In this document: positions 9,381 through 18,504 of the stretch, piece after piece | Numbering within the stretch: position 1 is the stretch's first letter | Layout: the number at the start of each line of letters is the position of its first letter | Origin: Escherichia phage FL18 | Sequence record: PP400780 | Direction: 5' to 3' (one strand) | DNA length: 64,000 nt | Notes under the pieces: model-generated | Told to the model about the DNA's origin: nothing | The model's database searches: none | What the model saw: the letters and a program-made list of their open reading frames with translations, nothing else | Made by a program: the position numbers and the translations under genes

Positions 9381-10203
9381 GTATTATATAATTTATAAAA
9401 TAACAAATATAATTAATTCAAAGGAATATATCGGTGCGCATAGCACCGATAACATAAATGATGGTTATATGGGATCAGGAACATTGATTCGTGCCGCTTT
9501 ATTAAAATATGGTAGAAAAAATTTTAATAAAGAAATTTTACATGTTTTTGATAATGAAAAACAAATGTATGATAAAGAAGCTGAACTCGTAACCGAAGAG
9601 TATTGTCTAAAAGAAAATACATATAATATTAAACCTGGTGGAAAAGGTGGAACTGCCTATGAACAGACACTTGAACATCGCCGCAAAAATAGTTTAGCAA
9701 ATAAAGGTAAAAAGAGAACAGAAGAAACTAAAATAGCTATTTCACGTGCTTTAAAGAAATATAAACGTACGCCAGAGCATCAAGCAAATTTAAATAAAGC
9801 CGTAAGCATAGCTATGAAGCGAAAAGATGTTAGAAGTAAATTAGCTGGAGAGCGGTCTGAGAAAGATAAATTACCTATATCAAACGGTGTTAAAAAATAT
9901 TACAATTCTTTGAGTGAAGAAGAACGCGAACTTCATCGCAAGCGAATTATTGAAGGTAAAAAGAATTCTCCCATGTCATTGGAATCTAGACAAAAGCTTT
10001 CAAAAGCTTTAAAAGGACTTCAAGTTGGTTCAAAAAATCCAATGTATGGAAAAATTTCTCCAACTAGCAAAACCGTTTCAGTTGACGGTATTAAATATGA
10101 TTCAATTAAAAAGTGCTCAAATGCCATAAAAGTTTCTAGACATCTTATACTAAAACGCTGTAATTCTACTGATGAAGCTTGGAAAAATTGGATATTATTA
10201 TGA
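9373..10203 (+). CDS. GIY-YIG homing endonuclease (Seg-like)
   Basis: YYIIYKITNIINSKEYIGAHST (GIY ... YIG), downstream N/E residues, NUMOD3-like repeats (TEETKIAISRALK; SLESRQKLSKALKG; NPMYGK). Confidence 0.75.
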   Translation: MHRYYIIYKITNIINSKEYIGAHSTDNINDGYMGSGTLIRAALLKYGRKNFNKEILHVFDNEKQMYDKEAELVTEEYCLKENTYNIKPGGKGGTAYEQTLEHRRKNSLANKGKKRTEETKIAISRALKKYKRTPEHQANLNKAVSIAMKRKDVRSKLAGERSEKDKLPISNGVKKYYNSLSEEERELHRKRIIEGKKNSPMSLESRQKLSKALKGLQVGSKNPMYGKISPTSKTVSVDGIKYDSIKKCSNAIKVSRHLILKRCNSTDEAWKNWILL

Positions 10204-10670
10204 ATTATGACAGAATATACCCGTGTTGCTTTGTGAATGGCCCTGGATGCAGGGTCGTTCTTTTCGTTACAGGTTGTTTGCATAAATGCGAAGGGTGTTA
10301 TAATAAATCAACATGGAATGCTAGAAATGGTGTTCCATTCACTGGTGAAACACTAGAACAATTAATTGAATGTTTGAATAATGATTATATAGAAGGATTG
10401 ACTATAACCGGAGGTGACCCTCTTTATCCTGATAACAGAGACGTGATTCACTCTGTGGTTCAAACTATTAAAAATCTTTATCCCAATAAAAGCATTTGGT
10501 TGTGGACAGGATATAAGTTTGAAGATATTAAACAACTAGAAATGCTTAAATATGTTGATGTTATTATTGATGGGAAGTATGAGAAAAATCTTCCGACTAA
10601 AAAGCTGTGGCGAGGATCAGATAATCAGCGACTTTGGTCAAATACCGATGTGGTGTGGAAACATGATTAA
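10200..10670 (+). CDS. nrdG: anaerobic ribonucleotide reductase activating protein (radical SAM)
   Basis: 156 aa from ATG at 10200 (MNYDRIYPCCFVNGPGCRVVLFVTGCLHKCEGCYN); matches recalled T4 NrdG. Confidence 0.85.
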   Translation: MNYDRIYPCCFVNGPGCRVVLFVTGCLHKCEGCYNKSTWNARNGVPFTGETLEQLIECLNNDYIEGLTITGGDPLYPDNRDVIHSVVQTIKNLYPNKSIWLWTGYKFEDIKQLEMLKYVDVIIDGKYEKNLPTKKLWRGSDNQRLWSNTDVVWKHD

Positions 10671-10785
10671 ATTGAATTATATTATGGATACTATAAATGA
10701 TATGATTTTTCATTTTGGTCCAGAATTTTATTCGCAGTATAGTTTAGTGCTTATCAATGCTTGGTTAATCAATTAAGGGTAAAAT

Positions 10786-11001
10786 ATGTATAAATTTCGT
10801 AAAGGTTTAGCTGATTTTCTTACAACTGTAACATTCTTTCTGTTTATGGCAGTTGGAGCTATTTTCCTTATTCCTTTTATTGCTATATTTTTCGTGATTA
10901 GTTTGATTTCTCCAGAAAAAGGACTATCTTCTAGTGAGTTCAATGAGCGTCTGGATAAAATTACTAACAAGCTGAATGCGGTTCTTGATAAAAAGGATTA
11001 A
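10786..11001 (+). CDS. small membrane protein (71 aa)
   Basis: hydrophobic core LTTVTFFLFMAVGAIFLIPFIAIFFVISLI. Confidence 0.45.
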   Translation: MYKFRKGLADFLTTVTFFLFMAVGAIFLIPFIAIFFVISLISPEKGLSSSEFNERLDKITNKLNAVLDKKD

Positions 11002-11003
11002 TT

Positions 11004-11315
11004 ATGATTAGTTTTGAGCGGTATGTAGTAGAGAGTTGGAATGGTTTTGATATGTTCGGTAATGACTATTATTTCTATGAATGTAGTCTGAACCCAAGCT
11101 TCTGGGCTGGACGTGAACAAGACCTCGAAGAAATCAACGCTCGTGCCGATTTGTTAGGTGAACTGCCTACGGTTTATTTTACCTTTGATGAATCCGGCTT
11201 CGTTATCCAGGTTTATTTTCCTGAAGAAAACTCTGGTGAGGATTCTGTTAATCCTCCTTATTGGGCTTACCAAGGAATTATTTCTCGTGGAACAAAACTC
11301 GAACTTAAAGAATAA
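11004..11315 (+). CDS. hypothetical protein (103 aa)
   Basis: ORF-track entry, early-operon orientation. Confidence 0.45.
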   Translation: MISFERYVVESWNGFDMFGNDYYFYECSLNPSFWAGREQDLEEINARADLLGELPTVYFTFDESGFVIQVYFPEENSGEDSVNPPYWAYQGIISRGTKLELKE

Positions 11316-11316
11316 G

Positions 11317-11610
11317 ATTGAAGTCTATGGAATTCCAGATGAAGTAGGTCGTTGTCCTGGATGTCAATCAGTTACAAAACTTCTAAAGGAGCTCAATGCT
11401 CCTTTTACTTTCTATAAAGTTCTTACAAATAATGGTAAGATTGAGTATGATCGTCCACTGATTGTATCTCTTGCTAAACGCGCTGGATTCACATCTCTTA
11501 ACATTCGTTATCCAGTCATTTTCATTAATGATTCTAGACAAAAGAATATTAAACACTTCAAAGAAACTCTCATTTCACTTGGATATGATAGAGATATCAT
11601 AGAAGATTAA
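11317..11610 (+). CDS. glutaredoxin-like protein (NrdH-like, CPGC motif); start codon uncertain
   Basis: IEVYGIPDEVGRCPGCQS redox motif; no in-frame ATG/GTG after upstream gene stop, possible ATT start at 11317; syntenic with T4 nrdH. Confidence 0.45.
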   Translation: MEVYGIPDEVGRCPGCQSVTKLLKELNAPFTFYKVLTNNGKIEYDRPLIVSLAKRAGFTSLNIRYPVIFINDSRQKNIKHFKETLISLGYDRDIIED

Positions 11611-11613
11611 GAC

Positions 11614-11634
11614 GGGCCCTCTGGGCCTTTCTTT
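11614..11634 (+). terminator. stem-loop GGGCCC-TCT-GGGCC followed by T-rich tract
   Basis: inverted repeat immediately after stop at 11610. Confidence 0.5.
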
Positions 11635-11704
11635 CTCACATTCTGTATATTACCATTCTAAGCTATCGTTCCTTTCTTATCATTCCCTAAAATATTTTTC
11701 ACAA

Positions 11705-11742
11705 AGTTGTTTACAACGAGCTCAAACCGTGGTATTATTAAC
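11705..11742 (+). promoter_or_regulatory. T4-type early promoter (GTTTACAA ... TATTATTA)
   Basis: aaagttgtttacaacgagctcaaaccgtggtattatta. Confidence 0.5.
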
Positions 11743-11768
11743 ATATGAATTGCCTTTGAGGATTTGAT

Positions 11769-11951
11769 ATGGTTGTGGTTGATAAAGAAATTAAAAAGGG
11801 ACAGTATTATCTTATTAATGGTAATGCTGTTCGCGTTACCTACGTAAATGGTTATGATGTTTATTATCTTATACTTAAGTTACATAAACACATGATTTGT
11901 GACCGTGCTGTATTTAGTTCAGTTGCTAAGGAAATTAAACTCCATGGGTAA
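11769..11951 (+). CDS. hypothetical protein (60 aa)
   Basis: ORF-track entry following promoter. Confidence 0.4.
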   Translation: MVVVDKEIKKGQYYLINGNAVRVTYVNGYDVYYLILKLHKHMICDRAVFSSVAKEIKLHG

Positions 11952-12237
11952 AACGTATCGTCGTAAAGACTTAAAAGTGCGTGATTATGACTATTTCGGA
12001 AAGCGTAAAGCTCCTGACGGTGTAAGTCATAAAGATATGGTTGAAAACATTTTTCGCTCAGATAAATGGCGTAGAATGAAAGGTATTGATTCAGAAGTTA
12101 AAGATGAGTTAAATCGTCAATTACGCGGTGAAGTAAGAAAGTTGAAAAAATCAGTTTACATTGACGATGATTTTGATTATAATACTTCTCAACGAGTTGC
12201 TAAACGTAAATCAAACGAGTGTTATCGTTACAGCTGA
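11944..12237 (+). CDS. hypothetical basic protein (97 aa)
   Basis: in-frame ATG (MGKTYRRKDLK...) within ORF-track entry 11899..12237. Confidence 0.45.
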   Translation: MGKTYRRKDLKVRDYDYFGKRKAPDGVSHKDMVENIFRSDKWRRMKGIDSEVKDELNRQLRGEVRKLKKSVYIDDDFDYNTSQRVAKRKSNECYRYS

Positions 12238-12376
12238 GGAAAATATGAATATCAAACGCATGCTTTTTAAGCAAGGGCTATATACTTTAAATGTTACTCC
12301 AAAAGGCGATACAACTAAGTGGTCAGTAAATGACTGGATTAAATTTATTGATGAAAACGGTAATTGGGAAATTTAA

Positions 12377-12577
12377 ATGAATCCTGAATCTAAATTATCG
12401 CAGCGAATTGCTGAAGAACGCGCCAAATTTTTCCAGAACATGAAACACAATGGTATTGAGGATGAAGTTTTTCTAAATTGGTTCTGGAATAATAAGTATG
12501 CAGCATGTGAAGGAGCTTTGTCATTGTCAGTCGCAATGATGTACGAAGGCTGGAAGGGTGCCAAAAAGTTTAGCTAA
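12377..12577 (+). CDS. hypothetical protein (66 aa)
   Basis: ORF-track entry; followed by terminator. Confidence 0.45.
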   Translation: MNPESKLSQRIAEERAKFFQNMKHNGIEDEVFLNWFWNNKYAACEGALSLSVAMMYEGWKGAKKFS

Positions 12578-12595
12578 GGGCTTCGGCCCTTTTTG
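12576..12595 (+). terminator. rho-independent terminator (AAGGGC-TTCG-GCCCTT-TTTT)
   Basis: perfect 6-bp GC stem, TTCG loop, T-tract. Confidence 0.6.
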
Positions 12596-12630
12596 GATAA
12601 TAAAATTTTTAACGTAATTGAGGATAATGT

Positions 12631-12957
12631 ATGACTATTCAAATTAAAAACGCCATCAATTCTTACGCATATGATAAAGTAGTTTCTTTGCTAGAAAAAG
12701 GCGATATTGTAACTCCTCAAATTTTGGATAAATGGGAAAAAGAGCTTCATCAAATGATGAAACAGAATGATCAGAAGATTGGACGCAACACTGTACGTGA
12801 ATTGTTGGTTCAATATATCTTGTCAGAATTTGATGTTAAAGCTTTTGGTGTAGAATCTAAAGCTTATCAAAAGCATGAAATTTCCGATAAAACTATTCGT
12901 CGCATGAAAAATCAACGCAAGAAAAAAATTGCAGACCTGAAAATTACTAAGGTATAA
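12631..12957 (+). CDS. hypothetical protein (108 aa)
   Basis: ORF with GAGGA SD upstream. Confidence 0.45.
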   Translation: MTIQIKNAINSYAYDKVVSLLEKGDIVTPQILDKWEKELHQMMKQNDQKIGRNTVRELLVQYILSEFDVKAFGVESKAYQKHEISDKTIRRMKNQRKKKIADLKITKV

Positions 12958-12959
12958 TT

Positions 12960-13175
12960 ATGAACGAAGCTCTTATTAACGATTTGCGTCTTGCTGGATA
13001 TGAAGTAAATACAAATGGCATTGGTTTAACTCAAATTGAAGGAAACGGATTCATCCTTGAGTATGAATTTAGCCAATGGTGGTTATATGCCAATTACGGC
13101 GAATTGATTGAATATGTTGACCAATTTGATTCACTAGATGCAGCTCTTGAAGCGGCTAAGTTGATGAATGTATGA
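12960..13175 (+). CDS. hypothetical protein (71 aa)
   Basis: tightly packed ORF. Confidence 0.45.
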   Translation: MNEALINDLRLAGYEVNTNGIGLTQIEGNGFILEYEFSQWWLYANYGELIEYVDQFDSLDAALEAAKLMNV

Positions 13176-13441
13176 AATTTATTAATATTTCTATTACTAT
13201 TGAAAATTATGGCATTTTCTATGTTGACCAATACATGAAAATTTCATTTTTCCCAAATAAGACTGGTGTTGGATATTGGGAAAGTCATGTTTCTGAATTA
13301 AATGAAAGTGAATATGTTAGCACACATGAAAAGTTTTTAGACTTTTTATATCATGCAGATTTAACTAGTCATTATATAGATATTCATGAATTTAAAAAGA
13401 TGATGGAGAAAGTGTTCCAAGCATACTGTTTACTTAGATAA
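13172..13441 (+). CDS. hypothetical protein (89 aa)
   Basis: ATGA-overlapping ORF. Confidence 0.45.
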   Translation: MKFINISITIENYGIFYVDQYMKISFFPNKTGVGYWESHVSELNESEYVSTHEKFLDFLYHADLTSHYIDIHEFKKMMEKVFQAYCLLR

Positions 13442-13454
13442 CTGATATCCTCTA

Positions 13455-13492
13455 TGCTTTAAGATAGATCTTCAAATATTATGATATAATAG
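13455..13492 (+). promoter_or_regulatory. promoter-like region upstream of gene 55 (TATAAT at 13485-13490 flanked by ATAGATCT repeats)
   Basis: aagatagatcttcaaatattatgatataatagatctatg. Confidence 0.4.
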
Positions 13493-13519
13493 ATCTATGA
13501 ATTGAGCTAAGAGGTGAAA

Positions 13520-14077
13520 ATGTCAGAAACTAAGCCTAAATATAATTACGTAAACAATAAAGAGCTTTTACAAGCTATTATTGATTGGAAAACAGAATTA
13601 GCAAATAATAAAGACCCAAATAAAGTAGTTCGTCAGAATGATACTATCGGATTAGCCATTATGCTTATTGCAGAAGGCTTATCTAAACGTTTCAACTTTT
13701 CAGGATACACCCAGTCTTGGAAACAAGAGATGATTGCAGATGGGATTGAAGCCTCTATTAAGGGACTTCATAATTTCGACGAAACTAAGTACAATAACCC
13801 GCATGCATACATAACTCGAGCTTGTTTTAATGCTTTTGTCCAACGTATCAAAAAAGAACGTAAGGAAGTTGCAAAGAAATATAGTTACTTCGTTCATAAT
13901 GTCTACGACAGTCATGACGATGATATGGTAGCGTTGGTAGATGAAACGTTTATTCAAGACATCTACGATAAAATGACGCATTATGAAGAATCCGCTTATA
14001 AAGCTCCTGGGGCTGAAAAGAAGGAAGTTGTTAGCGATTCGCCTAGTTTGGATTTTTTATATGAGGACGACAATTGA
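13520..14077 (+). CDS. 55: late-transcription sigma factor gp55
   Basis: [33 protein letters not shown] ... near-identical to recalled T4 gp55; ATG at 13520 with GAGG SD (ORF-track start 13514 is an upstream GTG). Confidence 0.9.
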   Translation: MSETKPKYNYVNNKELLQAIIDWKTELANNKDPNKVVRQNDTIGLAIMLIAEGLSKRFNFSGYTQSWKQEMIADGIEASIKGLHNFDETKYNNPHAYITRACFNAFVQRIKKERKEVAKKYSYFVHNVYDSHDDDMVALVDETFIQDIYDKMTHYEESAYKAPGAEKKEVVSDSPSLDFLYEDDN

Positions 14078-14276
14078 CATCTCTAACTACTTAGAAGAAC
14101 CTTTTGACGAAGCAATCCCTTATTTGGTAAAACTGTTGGGTCGAGAATTTAAAATTAATTTTGACATCGACCCTTTGAACCCACATGACGTGTCATTTTC
14201 GATAAATGGGACTCCAGTTGAGTACGAGTTCCGTATTGAAGAGGACGGACGTTTTTATTTTAATTTAATGAGATAA
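14061..14276 (+). CDS. hypothetical protein (in T4 alpha-gt interval)
   Basis: ORF-track entry 13983..14276 trimmed to in-frame ATG at 14061. Confidence 0.3.
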   Translation: MRTTIDISNYLEEPFDEAIPYLVKLLGREFKINFDIDPLNPHDVSFSINGTPVEYEFRIEEDGRFYFNLMR

Positions 14277-14277
14277 T

Positions 14278-14601
14278 ATGACTACCGAGATTATTGAAAA
14301 TAAAGAAGCAGAAGATGCAGTAGCTAAAATGCTACAAGAAATCCAAAAGAAAAATGAAGCTGAAGCACGTAAAAAATCCGAAAAGATTCTTAAAAAGAAT
14401 CGTTTTGAACTAAACCGTCTTTATGCTCATGCTCAAGAAGCAGCAATTCAAAACAACTTCGAAGCTTACGAATATGCTATTAAGAAATCTCGGGATATTC
14501 TACGACAACCATATAATGACAAGTTAATTAAAATCCAGTGGGTTACTACTCGTCAGGCTATTGAGGACATCATTAATGGCGCTAGTTCAAACAAAGTTTA
14601 A
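14278..14601 (+). CDS. hypothetical protein (107 aa, charged/helical)
   Basis: ORF-track entry. Confidence 0.45.
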   Translation: MTTEIIENKEAEDAVAKMLQEIQKKNEAEARKKSEKILKKNRFELNRLYAHAQEAAIQNNFEAYEYAIKKSRDILRQPYNDKLIKIQWVTTRQAIEDIINGASSNKV

Positions 14602-14782
14602 ACGTCTGAAGCTGAACGCAGGGTTCACCCTTAAATTGGGAGGTCCTCTTTGTGTTAAAATTTCTGAAAAGGAATATCACGACGGTTCTATTACAGAAAT
14701 TTGTCCGCCTATTGTAAAGGCACACCCAAAACAACTCGTGTGGGTTGATTCATTTCAAGTTAAGAAATGGTGGAAACGATGA
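14576..14782 (+). CDS. hypothetical protein (68 aa)
   Basis: in-frame ATG within ORF-track entry 14561..14782. Confidence 0.35.
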   Translation: MALVQTKFKRLKLNAGFTLKLGGPLCVKISEKEYHDGSITEICPPIVKAHPKQLVWVDSFQVKKWWKR

Positions 14783-14821
14783 GAGAAATTGATTTAGGCA
14801 TTTTCTGAGAGGTGCTTATGC

Positions 14822-14995
14822 ATGACGAACATCCCGACTTCTGAAAATTTCGATAAAATCCGTAAAGGCAAAGCAGAAAGAATGAGACGTTTTAAAGAGT
14901 CTTATGATAAAGCTAAAGCCGAAGGAACTATTACATACAAGCCCATTCGATTTAAAAGTTCAAATGAGCCTCTGTACGGTGTACTATGTGGATAG
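14822..14995 (+). CDS. hypothetical small protein (57 aa)
   Basis: manual translation MTNIPTSENFDKIRKGKAERMRRFKESYDKAKAEG...; ends at terminator. Confidence 0.3.
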   Translation: MTNIPTSENFDKIRKGKAERMRRFKESYDKAKAEGTITYKPIRFKSSNEPLYGVLCG

Positions 14996-15019
14996 GAACT
15001 CTTCGGAGTTCCTTTTTTG
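14995..15019 (+). terminator. rho-independent terminator (GGAACTC-TTCG-GAGTTCC-TTTTTT)
   Basis: 7-bp stem, TTCG loop, T6 tract. Confidence 0.65.
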
Positions 15020-15064
15020 CTTTATAAACGGATGATAGAATGAATTAACTAATGAGGAAATAAT

Positions 15065-16084
15065 ATGAAAATTTTGCACTTAGGCGACTTCCATATCGGA
15101 GTCAAACAAGACGACCCATGGGTTCAAGATATTCAACGTGATGGTATTCGACAAGCAATTGAATACTCTAAGAAACACGGGATTAAAACTTGGATTCAGT
15201 ACGGTGATTGGTTTGACGTCCGTAAAGCAATAACACATCGTACAATGGAATTCAATCGTGAAATCGTTGATATGATTTCTAAAGCAGGCATTCACGTTCA
15301 TGTCACGATAGGAAACCATGACATGGCGTTTAAGAATACAATAACACCTAACACTGTTTCTGAATTGTTAACTCAATTTGAAAACTTTACTATTTACGAG
15401 CATCCGACTACTGTAGATTTTGACGGATGTCTGATTGATATCGTTCCATGGATGTGTGAAGAAAATACAGGTGAAATCTTAGAGCACATCAAGACTTCTT
15501 CTGCCGCATATTGTGTTGGGCACTGGGAACTGAATGGCTTTTATTTCTATAAAGGGATGAAGTCTCATGGGCTTGAACCTGATTTCTTAAAGACCTATAA
15601 ACAAGTCTGGTCTGGCCACTTCCATACAATCTCTGAAGCTGCTAACGTCAAATATATTGGGACACCATGGACCCTTACTGCAGGTGATGAGAACGACCCT
15701 CGCGGATTCTGGGTATTTGACACTGATGTTGAACGTATGGAATTTATTCCTAATGAAACAACATGGCATCGACGAATCACTTATCCATTTAAAGGCAAAA
15801 TCAATTATTCTGATTATACTAATCTAGCCGTACGTGTTATAGTATCAGAAATTGATTCAGAGTTGACTAAGTTTGAATCTGAACTTGAAAAAGTAGTTCA
15901 CTCTCTTCGTATGGTTTCTAAAGTTGATAACAGTGTTGAATCTGATGACGACCAGGAAATCGAGATTAAATCACTTCAAGATATCATTAAAGAATATATT
16001 GACGCGATTCCAGATATCTCAGACGAAGACAGAGAAGCGCTGGTCAAATATTCCAACGAACTTTATATTGAGGCGACACAATGA
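15065..16084 (+). CDS. 47: recombination endonuclease subunit gp47 (Mre11/SbcD-like)
   Basis: 339 aa; phosphoesterase motifs (LHLGDFH, GNHD); synteny with gp46. Confidence 0.9.
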   Translation: MKILHLGDFHIGVKQDDPWVQDIQRDGIRQAIEYSKKHGIKTWIQYGDWFDVRKAITHRTMEFNREIVDMISKAGIHVHVTIGNHDMAFKNTITPNTVSELLTQFENFTIYEHPTTVDFDGCLIDIVPWMCEENTGEILEHIKTSSAAYCVGHWELNGFYFYKGMKSHGLEPDFLKTYKQVWSGHFHTISEAANVKYIGTPWTLTAGDENDPRGFWVFDTDVERMEFIPNETTWHRRITYPFKGKINYSDYTNLAVRVIVSEIDSELTKFESELEKVVHSLRMVSKVDNSVESDDDQEIEIKSLQDIIKEYIDAIPDISDEDREALVKYSNELYIEATQ

Positions 16085-16338
16085 CTTTAGATGAATTTAA
16101 TAATGCTGGTCTTGGGCTTGAAGTTGAAATAGACGTTAAAGATGATGATGGATTCGAGAACACTATCAAGTATTGGATTGAACCATTACGTGTTGAAGGC
16201 AATGAAGTTAAAGCAGTTCATGTCTGCACCGACTGGGCTATTGAATTTAGCTTTAATATAATGGACAACGATACTCCCGGCTCTATTCTTAAAATGGCTG
16301 AAGCGTGTATTGAGGATGCGTATAATGACGAAGACTGA
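16081..16338 (+). CDS. hypothetical protein (85 aa, acidic)
   Basis: ORF between 47 and 46. Confidence 0.5.
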   Translation: MTLDEFNNAGLGLEVEIDVKDDDGFENTIKYWIEPLRVEGNEVKAVHVCTDWAIEFSFNIMDNDTPGSILKMAEACIEDAYNDED

Positions 16339-16564
16339 TTATGAAATCCATCGTCATGAATTTAGTATTGGTGACGGTTATATTGGTATCGTTGAATGGA
16401 CTGAGAATTACGAGGAATCAACTCCTCGTTTCTTTGGAACAATGTATGTTACCTGTGAGTACGCACCAGGTGTTGTTATGTATGCAGAACTAGATGAATA
16501 TTTTGCTGATAGGGATGACATGTTAAAATATGTAGAGGACTTCATTCGAAGAGAATACATATGA
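16310..16564 (+). CDS. hypothetical protein (84 aa)
   Basis: ORF between 47 and 46. Confidence 0.5.
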   Translation: MRMRIMTKTDYEIHRHEFSIGDGYIGIVEWTENYEESTPRFFGTMYVTCEYAPGVVMYAELDEYFADRDDMLKYVEDFIRREYI

Positions 16565-18249
16565 AATCATTTAAATTAAATCGTGTTCGTTATCAAAACA
16601 TCATGTCGGTAGGTGGGAATCCTATTGATATCCAATTAGATAAAGTCCAAAAGACATTAATCACCGGTAAAAATGGCGGCGGTAAATCTACGATGTTAGA
16701 AGCCGTTACTTTCGGACTTTTCGGTAAACCATTTCGTGATGTTAAGAAAGGACAAATCATTAATAGCACGAACAAGAAAGAGCTCTTAGTTGAGCTTTGG
16801 ATGGAATTCGATGATAAAAAATACTTCATTAAACGTGGCCAAAAGCCCAATATTTTCGAAATCTCCGTTGACGGTGTTCGTCTCGATGAATCTGCCAGCA
16901 GTCGTGACTTCCAAGAAGAATTTGAACGTAGCATCGGAATGTCATACGCGTCTTTTAAACAGATCGTTGTGCTTGGGACGGCAGGGTATACCCCTTTCAT
17001 GGCTCTTAGCACCCCTGCTCGTAGAAAACTTGTCGAAGACCTTTTAGAAGTCGGCACACTCGCTGAAATGGATAAAATCAATAAGTCTCAAGTTCGCGAA
17101 CTTAATTCTCAGGGACAAGTTCTTGATGCCAAGAAAGATGGTGTTATCCAACAAATTAAGATTTATAACGAGAATATCGAACGTCAAAAGAAATTATCTG
17201 GTGATAATGTAGCGCGTCTACAGAATATGTATGACGACCTAGCCAAAGAAGCTCGTTCATTAAAAGCAGAAATCGAAGAAGCTAATGAGCGACTACTTAA
17301 TATCGTTCTTGATGAAGACCCTACTGAGGCATTCAACAAGATAGGACAAGAAGCATTCTTGATTAAATCTAAAATCGACTCATACAACAAAGTTATTAAG
17401 ATGTATCATGACGGTGGCACATGTCCTACTTGTGCATCACAATTGCACCAGGGTGACCCTATTGTCTCTAAGATTACCGATAAGCTTCATGAATGTAATC
17501 ACTCATTCGAGCAACTTACCTGTCACAGAGATAATCTGAGTGTCCTAGTTGATGAATATAGAGCTAATGTTAAGACTAAGCAGGACCTTGCATCTGATAT
17601 TCGTACCAAGAAACAAGCAATGATTGCCACTATTGATAAAGCTAAGAAAGTTAAAGCTGCAATAGAACAAGCCTCGGCGGAATTTATCGACCATGCTGAT
17701 GAGGTAGCTTTGCTTCAAAAAGAACTTGATAAAATCATTAAAACAAAATCAGATATCGTTCTTGAAAAATATCATCGTGGTATTATCACAGATATGTTAA
17801 AAGATTCTGGTATTAAAGGTGCTATCATTAAAAAATATGTGCCTCTGTTTAATAAGCAGATTAACCATTATCTTAAAATCATGGAAGCCGATTACGTGTT
17901 TTCTATTGACGAAGAATTCAATGAATCTATAAAATCACGTGGCCGTGAAGAGTTCAGTTATGCTTCATTTAGTCAAGGTGAAAAGGCACGTATCGATATC
18001 GCATTGTTGTTTACATGGCGAGATATTGCTGAAAAGGTTTCTGGTGTTAAAATCAACACTCTAATTCTTGATGAGGTTTTTGATGGTGCTGTCGATTCTG
18101 AGGCTGTTAAGGCTATAGATACCATCCTTGGTAGTTTACAAAATACTAACGTGTTCATTATCTCTCATCGAGACCATGACCCTCAACGTTATGGACAACA
18201 TCTTCAAATGAGCAAAGTTGGACGATTTACTGTGATGACTGTCTCATAA
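16561..18249 (+). CDS. 46: recombination endonuclease subunit gp46 (Rad50/SbcC-like ATPase)
   Basis: 562 aa; Walker A GKNGGGKST, zinc hook CPTC, near-identical to recalled T4 gp46. Confidence 0.95.
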   Translation: MKSFKLNRVRYQNIMSVGGNPIDIQLDKVQKTLITGKNGGGKSTMLEAVTFGLFGKPFRDVKKGQIINSTNKKELLVELWMEFDDKKYFIKRGQKPNIFEISVDGVRLDESASSRDFQEEFERSIGMSYASFKQIVVLGTAGYTPFMALSTPARRKLVEDLLEVGTLAEMDKINKSQVRELNSQGQVLDAKKDGVIQQIKIYNENIERQKKLSGDNVARLQNMYDDLAKEARSLKAEIEEANERLLNIVLDEDPTEAFNKIGQEAFLIKSKIDSYNKVIKMYHDGGTCPTCASQLHQGDPIVSKITDKLHECNHSFEQLTCHRDNLSVLVDEYRANVKTKQDLASDIRTKKQAMIATIDKAKKVKAAIEQASAEFIDHADEVALLQKELDKIIKTKSDIVLEKYHRGIITDMLKDSGIKGAIIKKYVPLFNKQINHYLKIMEADYVFSIDEEFNESIKSRGREEFSYASFSQGEKARIDIALLFTWRDIAEKVSGVKINTLILDEVFDGAVDSEAVKAIDTILGSLQNTNVFIISHRDHDPQRYGQHLQMSKVGRFTVMTVS

Positions 18250-18285
18250 ACGCTTTAACATGATGTGGTTATAATGACCACATCA
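18250..18285 (+). promoter_or_regulatory. promoter with -10 TATAAT inside inverted repeat GATGTGG / CCACATC; MotA-box-like CGCTTTA upstream
   Basis: cgctttaacatgatgtggttataatgaccacatc. Confidence 0.45.
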
Positions 18286-18291
18286 AATTAA

Positions 18292-18492
18292 ATGGAGAAC
18301 AACATGGAGTATTCAACCGGTCAACATCTTCTTGTTGTCCCTGAAATTAAAAAATATGTTTTGACCAATACGTTTTCAGGTGAAGAACATATTGTTACTG
18401 AACAAATGCTCAAATCTGCTTTTAAAGATGAGTATAATAAAATAATGTCTAATCGCAATTCCGCATGGACAGTTACCGACTTCTACGAATAA
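18292..18492 (+). CDS. hypothetical protein (66 aa)
   Basis: ORF-track entry. Confidence 0.45.
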   Translation: MENNMEYSTGQHLLVVPEIKKYVLTNTFSGEEHIVTEQMLKSAFKDEYNKIMSNRNSAWTVTDFYE

Positions 18493-18504
18493 GAGAGAAA
18501 TAAT

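Larger units (their letters stand above)
8712..10203 (+). mobile_element. tandem pair of free-standing Seg-like homing endonuclease genes
   Basis: two adjacent GIY-YIG-type ORFs with NUMOD-like repeats in the position where T4 carries nrdD. Confidence 0.5.

Noticed and set aside
8712-10203. Homing endonuclease genes as intron-encoded (group I intron in nrdD)
   Set aside because: No flanking nrdD exons or intron-like structured RNA are apparent by eye; the genes appear free-standing (Seg-like).
16593-17081. 162-aa minus-strand ORF inside gene 46 (also 17184-17390 and 17973-18158)
   Set aside because: Antisense to a highly conserved, confidently identified gene (gp46); no SD or promoter context; typical spurious antisense ORF.
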